Source of the DNA: Callorhinchus milii
Lineage: Eukaryota
Direction: 5' to 3'
NCBI RefSeq assembly: GCF_018977255.1
Contig: NW_024704744.1
Span: 16,430,001-16,494,000 of the forward strand
Length of the DNA stretch: 64,000 nt
Below, piece after piece: positions 24,779 to 38,145 of the stretch (within the stretch, counting starts at the first letter, position 1; each line of letters starts with the position of its first letter). The notes under the pieces are model-generated. The model was not told the DNA's origin and did not search any database. It saw nothing but the letters and a program-made list of their open reading frames with translations. The position numbers were made by a program, and so were the translations under genes.

Positions 24779-26230
24779 GAGGGATTAGCTGCCCACAGTC
24801 AAACTAAACTATAAGTGTAGATGTAAACTTTAGCCAGTTGACGCAGAGATGAATGAATGTAACTTCTAATGTCAGTTGAGTACATCATGTACCAGTTTGG
24901 AATTTGCGGTGACTGAACTTAATTCTCCTCATGATTAACAAGACCGATGCTTCTCTTTTAATTGCTATAAACTAAAGGAAAGAATTTATTGCTGTAACTA
25001 TAAACTGTTTTAAATCCCATTCAAAGTATCGCTTGAAAATCATTTTCTGATTAGAATACAGACTCAGATTTTGAAAAGAATGAATAGATTCCTCTAAAGT
25101 AAAATCCTAAAAATGCTACAAAATTAAAATCTCTTTCATTCCTACTGCATTCTTTGCATTATTTATTGTACAACAATTATGGAGTTCTTTTTTATTCAAC
25201 GGCATAAGAATTAAGTACATGCAAACATTTGGTACACACAGTCAGATTCCAGCAAGGGGAAAGATTTGCTTTGCCAAGCAGGTTTATTATTAATATTTAT
25301 GACTAACTTTTGCGTCAATTTTTCTGATGCTGCACAAATGAATATTCACAAATATAGCTCAACAATGTCCCAGAGTCAATTGTGCGATTGTGTACCTCTG
25401 TTCCCTTGCCTGTGCATTGATGAATCACAGACAGTAAATGATTTATTTGGCTTCATGGCTTTGTTGAAGAACTGTTGAATTTGTGAACAATATTGCTTTG
25501 CTTCAGGCTAACTGTACATTGGAATAATCATAGTGCTCCGCATTTGCGAATCTATTCAGTAATGAAAAAAAATATTTATAATATGCTCAAAGCCACATTG
25601 CTTTTCTAAAATGATTGAGATTCCAGAGTCCTTATGTCAAACAAATTTAATTGGTTGCAGAACTCTGTTGGAATAGCTGAGATTTGGAAGTTTTATCGCA
25701 CTGATAATCAGAGTAAACCTTTTTGCTTTCATGTTGAACAATTGAAAATATGTTCTTATCCGAGGATTTAATCTAAATACACCTAGATCTGGGAACCATA
25801 TTTCTAATATTTGAACACAATATGTTGGCTGCACCCCACAGGTCAAAAGTGACCGTTTCATCTCAGATAAGAAACAAACATATAGTATATTGTACTTCAT
25901 CAATCACTCGAGTTAACATCTTTGCAAGCTGAAACTTTGGTTTGCATTCTAATGCATAAACCACGTGCACACCAGGAAGAGTACATTTGGATTAAAGTAG
26001 CTGCAATTCTATACACTTCCAAATATAAGCCGTACCGATTTCTCATTCTCGTTGAAAAGCACTGAGCACACTCTGGGGTCTCAATTAATCCTTGAAGCAT
26101 ATTTTATCTTCAAATTTAAGATCACATAAGACTATGAAAAAATCTTAATTTTAGTCTTAATTTGGAAACTCATTAATTTTAAGAACGATGGAAACTGACT
26201 TCCAAGTTAAAGACAAACAGCCTTAACGTT

Positions 26231-26534
26231 ATAATAATATAATAATAATCCTTGCATTTGATAATCTTCTAGCATTTCACATCTTCTAGACGTCTCAAAG
26301 CGCTTCACAGAATAGACTGTAAAGTGAATTAACGCGGCAGCTAATTGCACACAGCAGTGTCCCACAAACAGTCTTGAAATGAAAATGACCCATTTATCAT
26401 TGTTTTGTTTTGGAGGGATTATTATTAGGTGTGTGGAGTAAGGAAACTTGCCCAAGGTTTCGCCCTGCCTGGAATTGAACCCAGGTGTCTCGTTTGCAAG
26501 GCGAGTGCTCTAACCACTGAGCTGTAGGACTCCA
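26231..26534 (-). mobile_element. Young tRNA-derived SINE, full length
   Basis: A and B boxes, TGC anticodon-like loop, TAGAA-loop tail stem, (ATT)n. Confidence 0.92.
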
Positions 26535-27649
26535 ATCGTTATGGTCTTATAGCAAAGCTCAGGTGGCCTATGATATTTTAGCCCTATGAGAACCACAGTA
26601 CTGAGTGCTATAAACAAGTTCTCTTTCTTCATAGAGCAAAGTAAAACACAAGATTGCATTTAACAATTCAGATTAATTAGGCTGCGATTCCAATAATTAA
26701 TCAGATTGGACTGATTAGCTATGACTATTCTGGCTCTTGGCTTTGATGGTGAAGGCAGATTTTAATAGTTCAAAATCTTTGGCAAACTGAATCAATTAAG
26801 GAACCAAAATTTCAACTTTGGATTCAACTTGAATTGCTTTTGAATGGTCCAGAATTGAGTCACAGATGCTCAGCCCCACTAATTAAATCATTTGGTTGGT
26901 TTCTGCTTTGCAATTACATCCCACTGTCATTTCAACCTTTCTCTACCCTTCTCACAAATTGCAGCATTCAAAGTAGGGAGAATTGAATGGACATTATGAC
27001 TGCCCCAGACTTTGTGACTACAAGAATCTATGGGTCAAAAGATGTTTGTTCCACCTATTAACAGAGACTTAGTGTTGGGAACTGGGTGCATAGTCCACTG
27101 ACCACACTATCCTTTTCGCATCTGTATCTGAAGTCTGAATTGAGCACAGCCTGATTTGCTGAAAGTCTCTTCTATTTCCTGGTTGTAAAGACTCCATGTG
27201 GAATGAATCTGGGCAGTCTCAGCATATGGTGGGCACAAGTCACAAGTCCACTGCATAAATTGCTCAAATGTGGCACAAATTAGTTTGTACCATGTCCTAT
27301 TCATAGCTAACTTTCAGTTACCGTGCTTTCAGCCACCATACCCCGAAATTCTGGAAATCTGTCCCTCAATCCCTCTGCCTTGCCCCCTCCTTCCCCATTT
27401 TCAGATCATGTCTCAATACCTTCCTCTTTGACCGGGCCTACAGTCACCTCCCTATGCTTAGAGTCAGGCTCCACAACTGTTAAGTGTTCCACCGACACTA
27501 CCCTGCATGAAGAGAGCTATATAGATCAAGTTGTTGTTGTAACTCAATAATACCTAATGTTGATGAAATATCGTATTTAATTGGCAGACTAATGCAATTA
27601 TGTGTTTGCTGAGCATTTAGAATTTGCTAGCTCTAATGGAGGAGTAGTT

Positions 27650-28700
27650 CTCAGCAAACGACTTCTCCTCCAGCCCCTGCACCATCTTGTGCGTTGTTCC
27701 TCAGGGCTCTGTCCACGGTCCCCTCCTCTTCACACTTTACATGCTCCCCTTTGGTGACATCACCTGCAGATATGGGGTAAATTTCCACATGTATGCGGAT
27801 GACACCCAACTCTATCTCTCTGCCTCCATCCTCAACTCCAGGACCACTGCTGTCCTGACAGACTGCCTGTCCGACAACTTTCTCCAGCTGAAAGTCAGCA
27901 AGACCGAGGGCCTCCTGATTGGCTCACGCCAGAGACTCTGCACCTCAGGCGTTGGCAGCATCAGCCTCCACGGCTGCACATTCAACCTCACTAAGCCAGT
28001 CAGGAACCTGGGTGTCTTGTTTGACCCTGAACTGTACTTTCTCCCCCACATCCGCGCCATTGCCTCACCCCTCAGGCTGCCGAAACCCTTACCCACGCAT
28101 TTGTCACATCAAGGCTCAATTATGGAAATTCCCTCCTCATCGGCCTTCCCAACTCTTCCCTTCACAAGTTGCAGATCATCCAAAACTCTGCAGCTCATGT
28201 ACTCTCACACACCAAGCACAGTGACCCCATCACTACCACCCTCGCTGACTCCACTGGCTCCCCATCCCCCAGAGGATCGAATTCAAGATCCTCATCCTCA
28301 CCTTTAAGGCCACCCATGGCCTTGCCTCCTCCCACCTCTCTGACCTGTTGACTCCTTACCAACCTGCCCACTCTCTCCGTTCAGCGGGCTCCGGTCTGCT
28401 CCATGTCTCCCGCCTGACCCGGCCTACCATCGGTGGCCGGGCTTTCAGCCTCTCTGCCCCCACACTCTGGAACTCCATCCCACGGTCCCTTCGCCTCGCT
28501 TCCTCCCTTGCCTCCTTCAAGGACGGTCTCAAGACCCTCCTCTTCGATCGTGCCTTCGATCAACCTCCCACCTGTCTGCCTTCCCTCACCCCTACCCCAC
28601 CCCTCCCCCATGCTCGGGTCCTGACGCCTGACTGTCCAGCACCTTGAGACTTCCACCCGACGTGAAAGGCGCTCTATAAATGCAATTTTATTGTTGTTGT
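27650..28700 (+). mobile_element. L2 LINE, 5'-truncated within RT
   Basis: ORF 27687-28307 [27 protein letters not shown]; C-terminal motifs in 28169-28647; stem-loop and (GTT)n tail. Confidence 0.95.
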
Positions 28701-28734
28701 AGTGAGACCAATCAAAATGCCACACTGGTAACTA

Positions 28735-28960
28735 TTATCAAGTGCAGTGACTGCTTTCGTAGAGAAGCAAGATTGCAGTTTGTGCTATAAAAGTCCTACA
28801 AACAGTCAAGAGGTGAATGGCCAATTAATCTGGAGGAATGCTGGCCAGTACACCAGGAGAAATTCCTTTCTCTTTTGAAACAGTGTTATGGGATCTTTTA
28901 GTATCTACTTGAACAGATAAATATCTCTGTTTAAGGTCACCTCCATATCTGTCAGCAACT
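28735..28960 (-). mobile_element. Deu-domain SINE (old)
   Basis: gtcctacaaacag..ctggccagtacaccaggaga..atgggatctttta. Confidence 0.7.
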
Positions 28961-30184
28961 TTAACATGGAAGCATTACTGGAAGAACATGGAGGCATTGC
29001 TGGAAGAAAGCAACGCTCAACAGGATGTTCAGGGCAACCATTATACATGTATACTCTGGGTTCATAAGATCAGATCCCAGTATTAAAACAAAGCCTGAAA
29101 CAAATGGTGGATTTTGCTGGGTTGTCAGATAACTGCTGTTCCTTCTTCAGAGTTGCATGCTATGTACAGAAAGCATCACTGACACAATTTCCTGCCTGCA
29201 GGGCTCTGCATGCCCTCGAAATGCAGGAAATACTGCCAATTTCACTACCTACTTCTAACCACCACAGTGGACCCTCTCTATAAACAAAGAGCGTCCAACC
29301 AGGGTGCATTCTCATGGGGATTCCCTCTATATCTTGCTGCTGAATGTTGCTTGCATAGGAGTGTAACATGTAATGCATATCAATGTGCTGCTCCACTGAA
29401 TGCAGACCACTGGACACAGGCAGTGGGAGTCCTGGCAAACTTACAGAATTACTGTTAAAGCAGTTTACTAATCAACATTCAGTGGGCATCAAAATTACTG
29501 ACAATTGCAATATTATCTCCCACGTATCTAATAAATATACACAATAGAACACTGCCTATCCATATGCCAACTATTCACATGTCCAGGATTCATTGTGGAA
29601 GTAATATAGGACTGTAAGAGACATAGCAAGGACCTGTATAGGCATAAGGTTACTTGCCCAGTAATTGTGACTGTGAGACATCAGTGGGAAGATAAGGGTT
29701 TATTTATCAATTTGCAGTGTATGGTTGGAGAGGGAGAGAAGAAATAAAGTCAGAGGTAAAGTGATAGAGAAAGAGAAACTCAAAGAGACAGAAAGATAGA
29801 AAGATAGAGAAGGACTCAGATATGAATATTACAACTGCTTATTGAACGAGCCGACCTTCACAACTCACTTGCCACTTTGTCACTGATACACTGCATGTAT
29901 GGACATCTCTAGTTCACTGAATATTTATATAAATGAATCTGAGCAATATCCAGTACGTCAGGTTGAATGTCAACTGCAAATGGTTTCTGGCCTAAGTTTA
30001 GGCGGAGGTGTTCACTCATGACTACTTGTCGCCTGGGACATTGACAGGAGAGGAAATTGCTACATGTGAATGTTGCATCTTTTTCACCCTTAGAGTAACG
30101 TAGTAACAAAGATTTCTTTGACACATTTATCTCATCATTTTATAACCCAGAATCATTTTAATTTCCAGGAACCTGTCTAGAACT

Positions 30185-30572
30185 TGTCTCCCGGTTAATC
30201 TACATCAAGATCCTCACTTTTACCTACAAAGCCCTATGTCCTTGCTGCTCCTTATCACTGTGACCTCCTCTAGGCTCACTCTCTTGCCCTTTCCCCCTGT
30301 TTGGCAAACTTGAGCCTACTGCGAGTTCCTCACCTTCAGTGGTTGAAATTTAAGCTATCCTGCCCCTACTATCTGAAACTCCCTCCCCAAATCCCCTGCC
30401 TGGCCCCCTTTCTATCATCTTTCAAAGCCTCCTGAAAATCTCTTCAACTGTGCCTAAGGTCTCCTCCCTCTTCCCCTCTCCCCACCCTCTCTGCTTGTTG
30501 TGTTGTCTCTATAAGGCACTTTGAGACATTACCCAGATGAAAGGTGTTATATAAAAGCAAGTTGTTATTGTA
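30185..30572 (+). mobile_element. L2 3' end (old)
   Basis: tcaagatcctcacttttacctacaaagccct..tgaaaggtgttatataaaagcaagttgtt. Confidence 0.8.
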
Positions 30573-30874
30573 GTTTCTTTCTGAAACCTTTACAATTACT
30601 TAATGATTTTTTAATACAGCTAATATAACTGTAATATTAATGAGTTATTTAATATAAATTTTAATTTTCTGTGTGTAAGGGGCATACATGTGTAAAACTC
30701 TGGTTTGGATACTCTTAAGTGTGATGATAGGTTTTCTCATGAATTGGTTTCTGCACCAAAAAAATTGCTCACGATAAAAAAAACTAGAAGCAATTTCACC
30801 CCAGACTATATTTCGACATCGTTGATACATTTCCTGTTTCGCAATACGCAATCTAATGCAATCCTATTGAGAAC

Positions 30875-31235
30875 TCCTCTAAAAACACAAGGTTTTTCTG
30901 GTGAAGAAGGCTATCTAACTTCATCCCTTCAGAATACCCTCCCTACCATCCTCCAATCACAGCAGAAACTTGCTTTTTAGATGAGTCCAGTGTCCTGGCT
31001 TCATCCATTTTTCCTGGCAACCTGTTCAGTCATTAATTACCCTCTGAGTAAAAAAAAATTCCTTGTGTCCACCCTGAAATTGCCGTTTGTAGTTCTAAAT
31101 CTGTGTCCTGTTGTTCTACAGTCTTGGTGTATCTTAAAGTATTGTTCTGGGTTCACTTTTTCAATCCCATTTAAAATTTTAAACATCTCTATCATGTTCA
31201 ATTTGAAACATCCTCTCTCAAGAGTGAAGAGCCAC
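30875..31235 (-). mobile_element. CR1 3' fragment
   Basis: ORF 31037-31306 LFTLERG..MIEMFKILNGIEKVNPEQYF..RTTGHRFR..FRVDTRNFF. Confidence 0.9.
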
Positions 31236-32478
31236 AAGTCTAAATCACAGAGAACAAACGATTTACAGCAACTTTTAATGAAATTGCAATTGGAACTACT
31301 GTACAAATCAGCGATGATAATGAATATTTAGCCCCACAGCATGCAATCGAGGATAGGCAGTTTAATTGAAGCAATCAACCTAGGGTGTTATTCTTCAATT
31401 GGGTTGCCATAGTCTTGATCATGCCCAATGCACCTCTGAGTGTCCATTATTGTTTAATATCCACATAAATCCCTGCACAGGTTGAAAGCCAATCAGGGAC
31501 TGGCCAAGTGAGATCACAACTGGAGCACAAATCTTCATCAGAATTATAATAAGTAGTAATTCACTGTAACGAAAATGCTCTCTTAATTCATCTCTTTATG
31601 GGCATAATGATAAATGTTAGACCAGGGTTTCGTTTTATGAGTATCATTAGAACTGTAATGACTTCAGTGATATCTATGTGACTCAGTGCAATTCTGTTAA
31701 TGGGGACAATGAAGCATGTATTTTACAGAACGGACTAATGCTGATGTGTTTTGATGTTTGAACGCGAGAAAAAAAGTTACGCTCGATGAGCACAAACATT
31801 TTGATGTAGCAGAAGCAAATAAGGTGCAGGAAGCAGTATTGTTCCATTCAGTCAGCTCCATGAAACGGAAGGATGTCCCATCATGCCAGCCTCCCATGCA
31901 GCATTCAGTTTATATAATGGCTTATTTTCACCCACAAAATATACAGTCAATTCACTTTACAATATAATTCTGTGAAGTGCTTTGAGATGTCTCGAAGACA
32001 TGATAAGGTGCTATATCAAATACAAGGATTATTATTTTTTTTGTGTGGGTTATTTCTCAGAAAAGAAAGTTCAGTGTAAATACTGTTTCTGAAGAGTGTC
32101 AAAGGAGAATTTTTTCCTGCCATTGAGACAGCAACACGGGTGGTAAAGTGGTCTGATGGATAAATATAGGATAAGACACATTTCTCATCTCAACAACATC
32201 TTTCCACTTCACCTCTTGCCAGTTTTGTAAGGTGTGAGCAACCAAACAGAAAAGAAGAGCTAAGCACTTAACGAATGTATAATAGATTGTAAACATGTGA
32301 TGAACAAAATGTGCTCAGACAGGAATAAATTAATCACTGGAAAAGGTTATTAAGCAGACAAGAAAGTTTACATCTAACAGAGGCTGAAAAAATATTTAAT
32401 ATTTAAAATTGATTTTAATTTATTTTAATTAAAGGAGGGGGTGGAGAACAATGAGGGTATTATAGATCGAAGCCAGGA

Positions 32479-33316
32479 CCACCAACTTGCTTTAGAGTTG
32501 CCCTCCTAGTGCTGGTCAACAGAACTCTCTCTGAGGTACGCAGTCCATCACTGATCAAGAGTGCAATTGTGGTTTCTCTCCAGAAGAAGAGTGACGCTAG
32601 TGATACTGAGAACTAAAGAGGGATCTCATTGATTTCATTGGCTCTTAAAGTAGTGCTTGGTGTTGTCATTTCATATATGTCAAACACATTGGAGGCTTAT
32701 GGTTTGATCAGGGAGGAACAGGCTGAATTCCATTCTCATGAGGAGTGCGTGGGGCAGATTTTAGTTTTGTATGAGATTGTGGAATGTCGTAAGGCTCAGG
32801 GGAAACCCACTTAAGTTGTATTTATCGATTTCCCAAAGGCTTTCGACCTATTGTGTCAGGCAGACGTCATAATGAAACTAGAAGCCATTGGAATACATTG
32901 CCAGATTATGGATTGAATTCAGAATGTGTATTGCATCCATGCAAGGGTTGATAGAAAGGGGAGGAAGGCATGGCTGTCTATTCTCACCCACCTTATACGA
33001 TGTCTTCACCAATGACATACTAGATGACATGGTGGGGGAGACTTGACGTATGTGTTCCAGGCATTCCTGACAGGATTGTGAAGTTTACGTTTGCGGATGA
33101 TAGGTCCACTCCAAGACGCTACCCTATGTGAAGGGTGCTATATAAATGCAAGTTGTTGTTGTTGTCGTTGAGGGTATTGATGGCAGATACAAGGGGCATC
33201 AGTCCCAATTCTTGATTTTTAGCGGTATCTGGGGGGTGTGGTGGACATCAAGTTTTGTTTGGACACTGTCCTTAGGCACAGTGCTGAGAAAGGGCAAAGG
33301 GCACTCTCACATGAAG
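32479..33316 (+). mobile_element. Degenerate non-LTR reverse transcriptase, not L2/CR1 (RTEX-like), interrupted by an L2 tail
   Basis: Frame from 32479: AIVVSLQKKSDASDTEN*RGISLISLALKV..LIREEQAEFHSHEECVGQILVLYEIVECRKAQGKPT*VVFIDFPKAFD; then FSPTLYDVFTNDILD..VCVPGIPDRIVKFTFADD (FADD 33090-33101); resumes at 33190 with QGASVPILDF*RYLG..RHSAEKGQRAL. RT identity is firm, clade is inferred. Confidence 0.8.
33104..33170 (+). mobile_element. Ultra-truncated L2 tail
   Basis: cactccaagacgctaccctatgtgaagggtgctatataaatgcaa(GTT)n; near-identical tail at about 53040-53100. Confidence 0.85.
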
Positions 33317-33429
33317 ACTTGGATCAGAAGAAGGCCATTCAGCTCATCAATTCTGCACTGTCTCTCAAAGCAAGGTGCTTATTCAATCCCACTACCCTGT
33401 CCTATCCCCATACCCCAATAGGCATAATT

Positions 33430-33870
33430 GAAGAGATAGTTTTTTAGGTGGGATTAAAAGAGAGATAGAGAGGGGTAGTTCCAGAGACTAGGATCTCTCT
33501 CCAGCTGTGCAGATTTATGATCCCGTAATTAAGAGCACCCACCATCTGCTGAAGACCTGATCATGGCTAGTGGTGCGGAGGAGAATGGGAGATGTGCAGC
33601 AGGCCTGAGTTAGCTGAGTGAAGGAGCGAGAAGAAGAGTGGGGGAGGAGGAGAACACAGATAGGGAGGTGCTAGTGTGTGAAGGGATTTATTGCTGAGGG
33701 TGAGGACCCTGAAGTTGATCCATTGGAAGATAGGGAGACGGTGGAGCCTGGCATGGACTAGAATGATGGGGTGTGGAGTTTGGTGCAGGTGAGGATGCAA
33801 GTGGCGGAGTTTTACATCAGCTGGAGTTTATGGGTAGTGGAATTAAGGAGGTCGGCATAGAGTGCAATTG
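33430..33870 (-). mobile_element. L2 fragment (old)
   Basis: ORF 33567-33800 LHRLPIFQWINFRVLTLSNKSLHTLAPPYL. Confidence 0.8.
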
Positions 33871-34777
33871 AACTGTTTAAGCATAAATCAATTTGCAAAT
33901 TTCATGGTTGGTTATTTACTTAAAAAAAAATAATCCCCCCTGTTCTCTTTTTAATATAGCAATCTGTTTTGCCTTAACATGATCTAAAATGCCTGGAATT
34001 AGGTTGACAGTTGTACAGAAGAGGATCATTTTTTTACTTTATATTGCGGAATATTTGCTCTGAGATGCTACCCCATGTGAAAGGCCCTTTATAAATGCAA
34101 AGTTGTTATTGCTGTATTGAACTCTTTCAGGTCATGTTTGCATCTCACAAACTTCTGTTTTGAAGCTAAGAATAGGTTGCCACTGCCTGGTAACAAAACA
34201 AGAGGATAAACAGGATGTTCTAAAAAGAAATATTTTCCTTGTTTGAATTAGTGAAAGGAGCTTGTGTTGATAAATTATCACTCACTTTACAGCTGTTTCT
34301 GAGACATTGCTCTGTGCAAATCGGTTACCACATTTGCCTACAAATACAATCATTACACGTCACAGTAAAAATCCTGCAAAGTGTTTTTGATCTCAATGAT
34401 GAGATCAGGTGTTCAAATGCAAGGATTATTATTCTTTTTAACACTCATGCAAAATCCATTCCTGATCAAACCTTCAAGGAAAAATGAAACACCATTTGGT
34501 TCAATAATTATCACGTCAAACACATTATAAAATGATTCAAATTTTACTCCATTCTATGCTGTTCTTTGTCTGAGAACCTGCATGTGAGAAAACACAAAAT
34601 AATGAAACCTTGTGCTTTCTTCCTAAAGATTGTTTTAGTTTCAGAAATTGTAATTCTTCTAGCAATCAAATTTGACTCTTACTTGTTAAGTCGAAAGAGC
34701 TGCATTTCAGCAGTGAGGAAAATAACAGGCAATTGGTATTTGTGAATCTCTTTGAACACCCACAGTTCTGGTTCAAC

Positions 34778-35114
34778 AATAATAATAATAATAATAATAA
34801 TAATAATCCTTGCATTCGATATAGCGCTTTTCACGTCGGGAGGACGTCCCAAAGCGCTTCACAGAACACACTGTAAAGTGAATTGACTGTATATCTGTGG
34901 GCGAACGCGGCAGCCAATTGCGCACAGCAATGTCCCACAAACAGTCGTAGATTGAAAATGACCAATTTATTATTGTTTTTGGTTTTGGAGGGATTATTAT
35001 TAGGCTCTGTGTGGAGTAAGGAAACTTGCCCAAGGTTTCGCCCTCTGCCTGGAATTGAACTCAGGTCTCTCACTTACAAAGCGAGTGCTCTAACCACTGA
35101 GCTACAGGACTCCA
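34778..35114 (-). mobile_element. Young tRNA-derived SINE, full length (CTCCC-loop variant)
   Basis: A/B boxes; tail gcgctttgggacgtcctcccgacgtgaaaagcgc; long (ATT)n. Confidence 0.95.
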
Positions 35115-35804
35115 CTAATTCCATTACAATAATTCCATTACAATGTTTCTCAACTAAGACCACTTTCCAAATCCCAGAAATGGTTAATTCATTAAACATA
35201 AAAGAATTTTTTATCACGCAACAAACAATGAATCTAATTCACTGTTCATTTAGGGTGTTAAAATTCAATTTACGGTTCCACAGATGTTCCCAGACTCCCT
35301 GGATTTAATGAGGATGACTCATGGGCATAGGGTCTAAATGGTGTGGATTTAAGGAGTGACTCACAGATCTCCTGCAGCTTTTGAGATAAATGGAATAGAA
35401 TACTGCTTTTCAGCAAAATTATTCCCAACATGAAACTGCAGTGCTACTTTTTACTGTCCTATTGGGCAATTTCTCATGCACTGATTTTTGAAGATATCCA
35501 AATATAATTGAATTAATGTGCGAAGTGGCTTTTGAAGCATTTAAAAAAAATTAAATTCATTTAAAACTCTCAGCAGTTTTCTTGGTTGTTTGATTTCCTG
35601 GGATTACATTCCAGAGTTTCTGTTGTTAAGGAAATGGAGCAGTCACACTTTCAGAGTGATTTGCGTGAAATACCGATGCTTCTGAAACCAGCCTCCAGCT
35701 TGAATGGGTGTAAGCGGAAATAAATGAATGTGAAACATTATTTCTGCACTTGGTCTCATTGATTTAGAGGCTGCTCTGTGATCAGTGGGCACAGAATGGA
35801 ATAG

Positions 35805-36140
35805 GAATAATAATCCTTGCATTTGGTATAGTGCCTTTCATTTCAGGATGTCTCAAGTCATTTCATAGGTTTCCTGTAAATATATTGCAGTGGCTGTGTA
35901 TTCGTTTGCCAAATTACTTGGAGAAATTCTTTTCTCTTTTTGGATAATGTCATGTAATCTTTAATGTCTACCTGAACAGGCAGATGGGGCCTCGGTTTAA
36001 CGTCTCATCTAAAAAAACAGAACCTCTGACAATTCAAAAGCCCCATGTGGCTGTGTTGCAGTGTTAATCTAGACTATATGAGTTTGAAGTCCCAATGTGA
36101 CTCAAGATTTGAGAGTACTCCCACACTGAGCCAGGTTGAC
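35805..36140 (-). mobile_element. Deu-domain SINE (old)
   Basis: gcagatggggcctcggtttaacgtctcat core; head near cactgagccagg. Confidence 0.8.
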
Positions 36141-36249
36141 ACCTAATATCGCAGAAGAGATAAAAACAAAATTCTTGAATATCTGTACTCATATCATAGC
36201 CAGCTGAAGGGGAATTGAAATTTGTTTTACAAGTGAGGTGCAGCAAGTG

Positions 36250-36640
36250 GATTATAGGAGCAAGTTTGATTACAAGAAACCTTTAGATTTCTAGGAAGGA
36301 AATGGAGCGTTAAAATGGATAAAATGGGTGGGAACATTTGGAGGATTCAGCAAGTAGCAGATGTGGTAAATGAATTCTTCACAGAAGTCTTTCTGAATGA
36401 AAACTCTGGACAAAATCCAGATTGAGTCCATCTGGCCTAAGAATCAATATGCACGCAGAAGCCAATAAAGCGTGGGTGTGAAGAAATTCAAAAGATTAAT
36501 CCTCTAGGAAGCTGAGACCAGATGAGACACACCCGGTGGAGGAAAAAAGATGTTCTACGTAATGCTAACAGGAATATTGGAATCACAGAGTGAAGGATGT
36601 TATCCTGGTTTCCAAAAAGGAGTGAGATACGAATCAGACT
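36250..36640 (+). mobile_element. CR1-like ORF2 linker fragment (highly degenerate)
   Basis: ADVVNEFFTEVF, PDETHP and VILVSKK motifs occur in the expected order. Confidence 0.5.
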
Positions 36641-37235
36641 CTTGTGGGATCTTTAACGTCTACCTAAACAAGCAGATGGAACCTCAGTTTTATGTCTCAT
36701 CCAAAGGATGGCACCTCTGACAATGCAACATTCCCACCCCCCACCTCACCCCCACACACCCCCACACTCCCCGCCAACCACTTCTCTTTCGAAAAGAGAA
36801 GAAAAGATCTCCCACTATTCTGGCCAACAATCTAGTCATTCTAGCCGAATTAGTCATTCGCTTCCTGGTTAAACATCCCTATCATACGTTTCACAATTTC
36901 AAAGCCCTCTCATAAACTGGCACATATGAATGATATAAGTGTCACATGCGTGACCTGGACCTTTTTTATATCTTCTATATCAGTAATAATATAATAATCT
37001 TTTTATTTGATATAGTGCCTCTAATGTTGAAATGTCTCAAAGTGCTTTACTGTAATTACTGCTGAGTATAGTGGTTGTATTTGTAGGCAAAAGTGGCAGC
37101 CATTTTTTGCACAATCTAAGACGTATAAGAAAAAAAAGGAAATTGATTGTAGCATACATATAGCTGGGATCAGGACAGCCTTAATGGGCTGAATTTTCTC
37201 CTGCTGTCCTGTATTTTCTACGTTTCTTACCCCTT

Positions 37236-37549
37236 TAATAATAATAATCCTTGCATTTGATATAGCGCTTTTCACGTCGGGAGGACGTCCCAAAGCGCTT
37301 CACAGAACACACTGTAAAGTGAATTGACTGTATATTTGTGGGCGAACACGGCAGCCAATTGTGCACAGCAATGTCCCACAAACAGTCGTAGATTGAAAAT
37401 GACCAATTTATTATTGTTTTTGGTTTTGGAGGGATTATTATTAGGCGTGTGGAGTAAGGCAACTTGCCCAAGGTTTCGCCCTGACTGGAATTGAACTCAG
37501 GTCTCTCACGTGCAAAGCAAGTGCTCTAACCACTGAGCTACAGGACTCC
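37236..37549 (-). mobile_element. Young tRNA-derived SINE, full length, with probable target-site duplication
   Basis: Near-identical to the 34778 copy; cctttaata at 37232-37240 and 37548-37556. Confidence 0.95.
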
Positions 37550-37559
37550 TTTAATATTT

Positions 37560-37800
37560 ACCCCAGTAGAACAAGATGACTTAGGTTTCGAGTAGCAAAG
37601 GGTAATTTCAGGTCAGAAACCAGGAAGTTTTTCTTTACTCAATTTGTAATTAATGACTGGAACAGGTTTCCAGGAAGGGTGGTTGAGGCTGGGACACTGG
37701 ACTCATTTAAAAAGCAGCTAAATGCTCTGATGGGACGACAGTAGGATGGGTGTTAAGGATGGATGAGATATAATGGACCGAAGGTCTTGTGATCCTTATT
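37560..37800 (+). mobile_element. CR1 3' fragment
   Basis: ccaggaagtttttctttactc..gactggaacagg..tcatttaaaaagcagcta. Confidence 0.8.
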
Positions 37801-37819
37801 CTGGCACAGACTCTCCTTT

Positions 37820-38145
37820 GGTTTGGAATTTATGCCCTCACACCACGCTAACTTTTCGACTTGCTCACTGCCCACTTCACCATCCGCTCGGCCGGCTCTG
37901 GCCTCCTGTTCATACTTTGCCCCCTCCATTCAACCATCGGTGGCCGTGCTTTCAGTTACTGTGCCCCGAATCTCTGAAACTCCCCCAATCCCTCTGCCTT
38001 GCCCTCACCCTCCCCACTTTCAAATCCTGCCTAAAGATCTTCCTTTTTGATCGTGCTTATGGTCACCTCCCCCCTCCCTCTGTTAAGCGCTCTGGGATGT
38101 TACCCGGTGTGAAGGGCACTATATAATGCAAGTTGTTGTTGTTGC
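37820..38145 (+). mobile_element. L2 3' end
   Basis: accatcggtggccgtgctttcag..gtgaagggcactatataatgcaa(GTT)n. Confidence 0.85.

Noticed and set aside
26547-26613. Interrupted hairpin ttatagca..ctcag..gtgg / ccac..ctgag..tgctataa
   Set aside because: Short bulged stems in AT-rich DNA; too weak to call without folding statistics.
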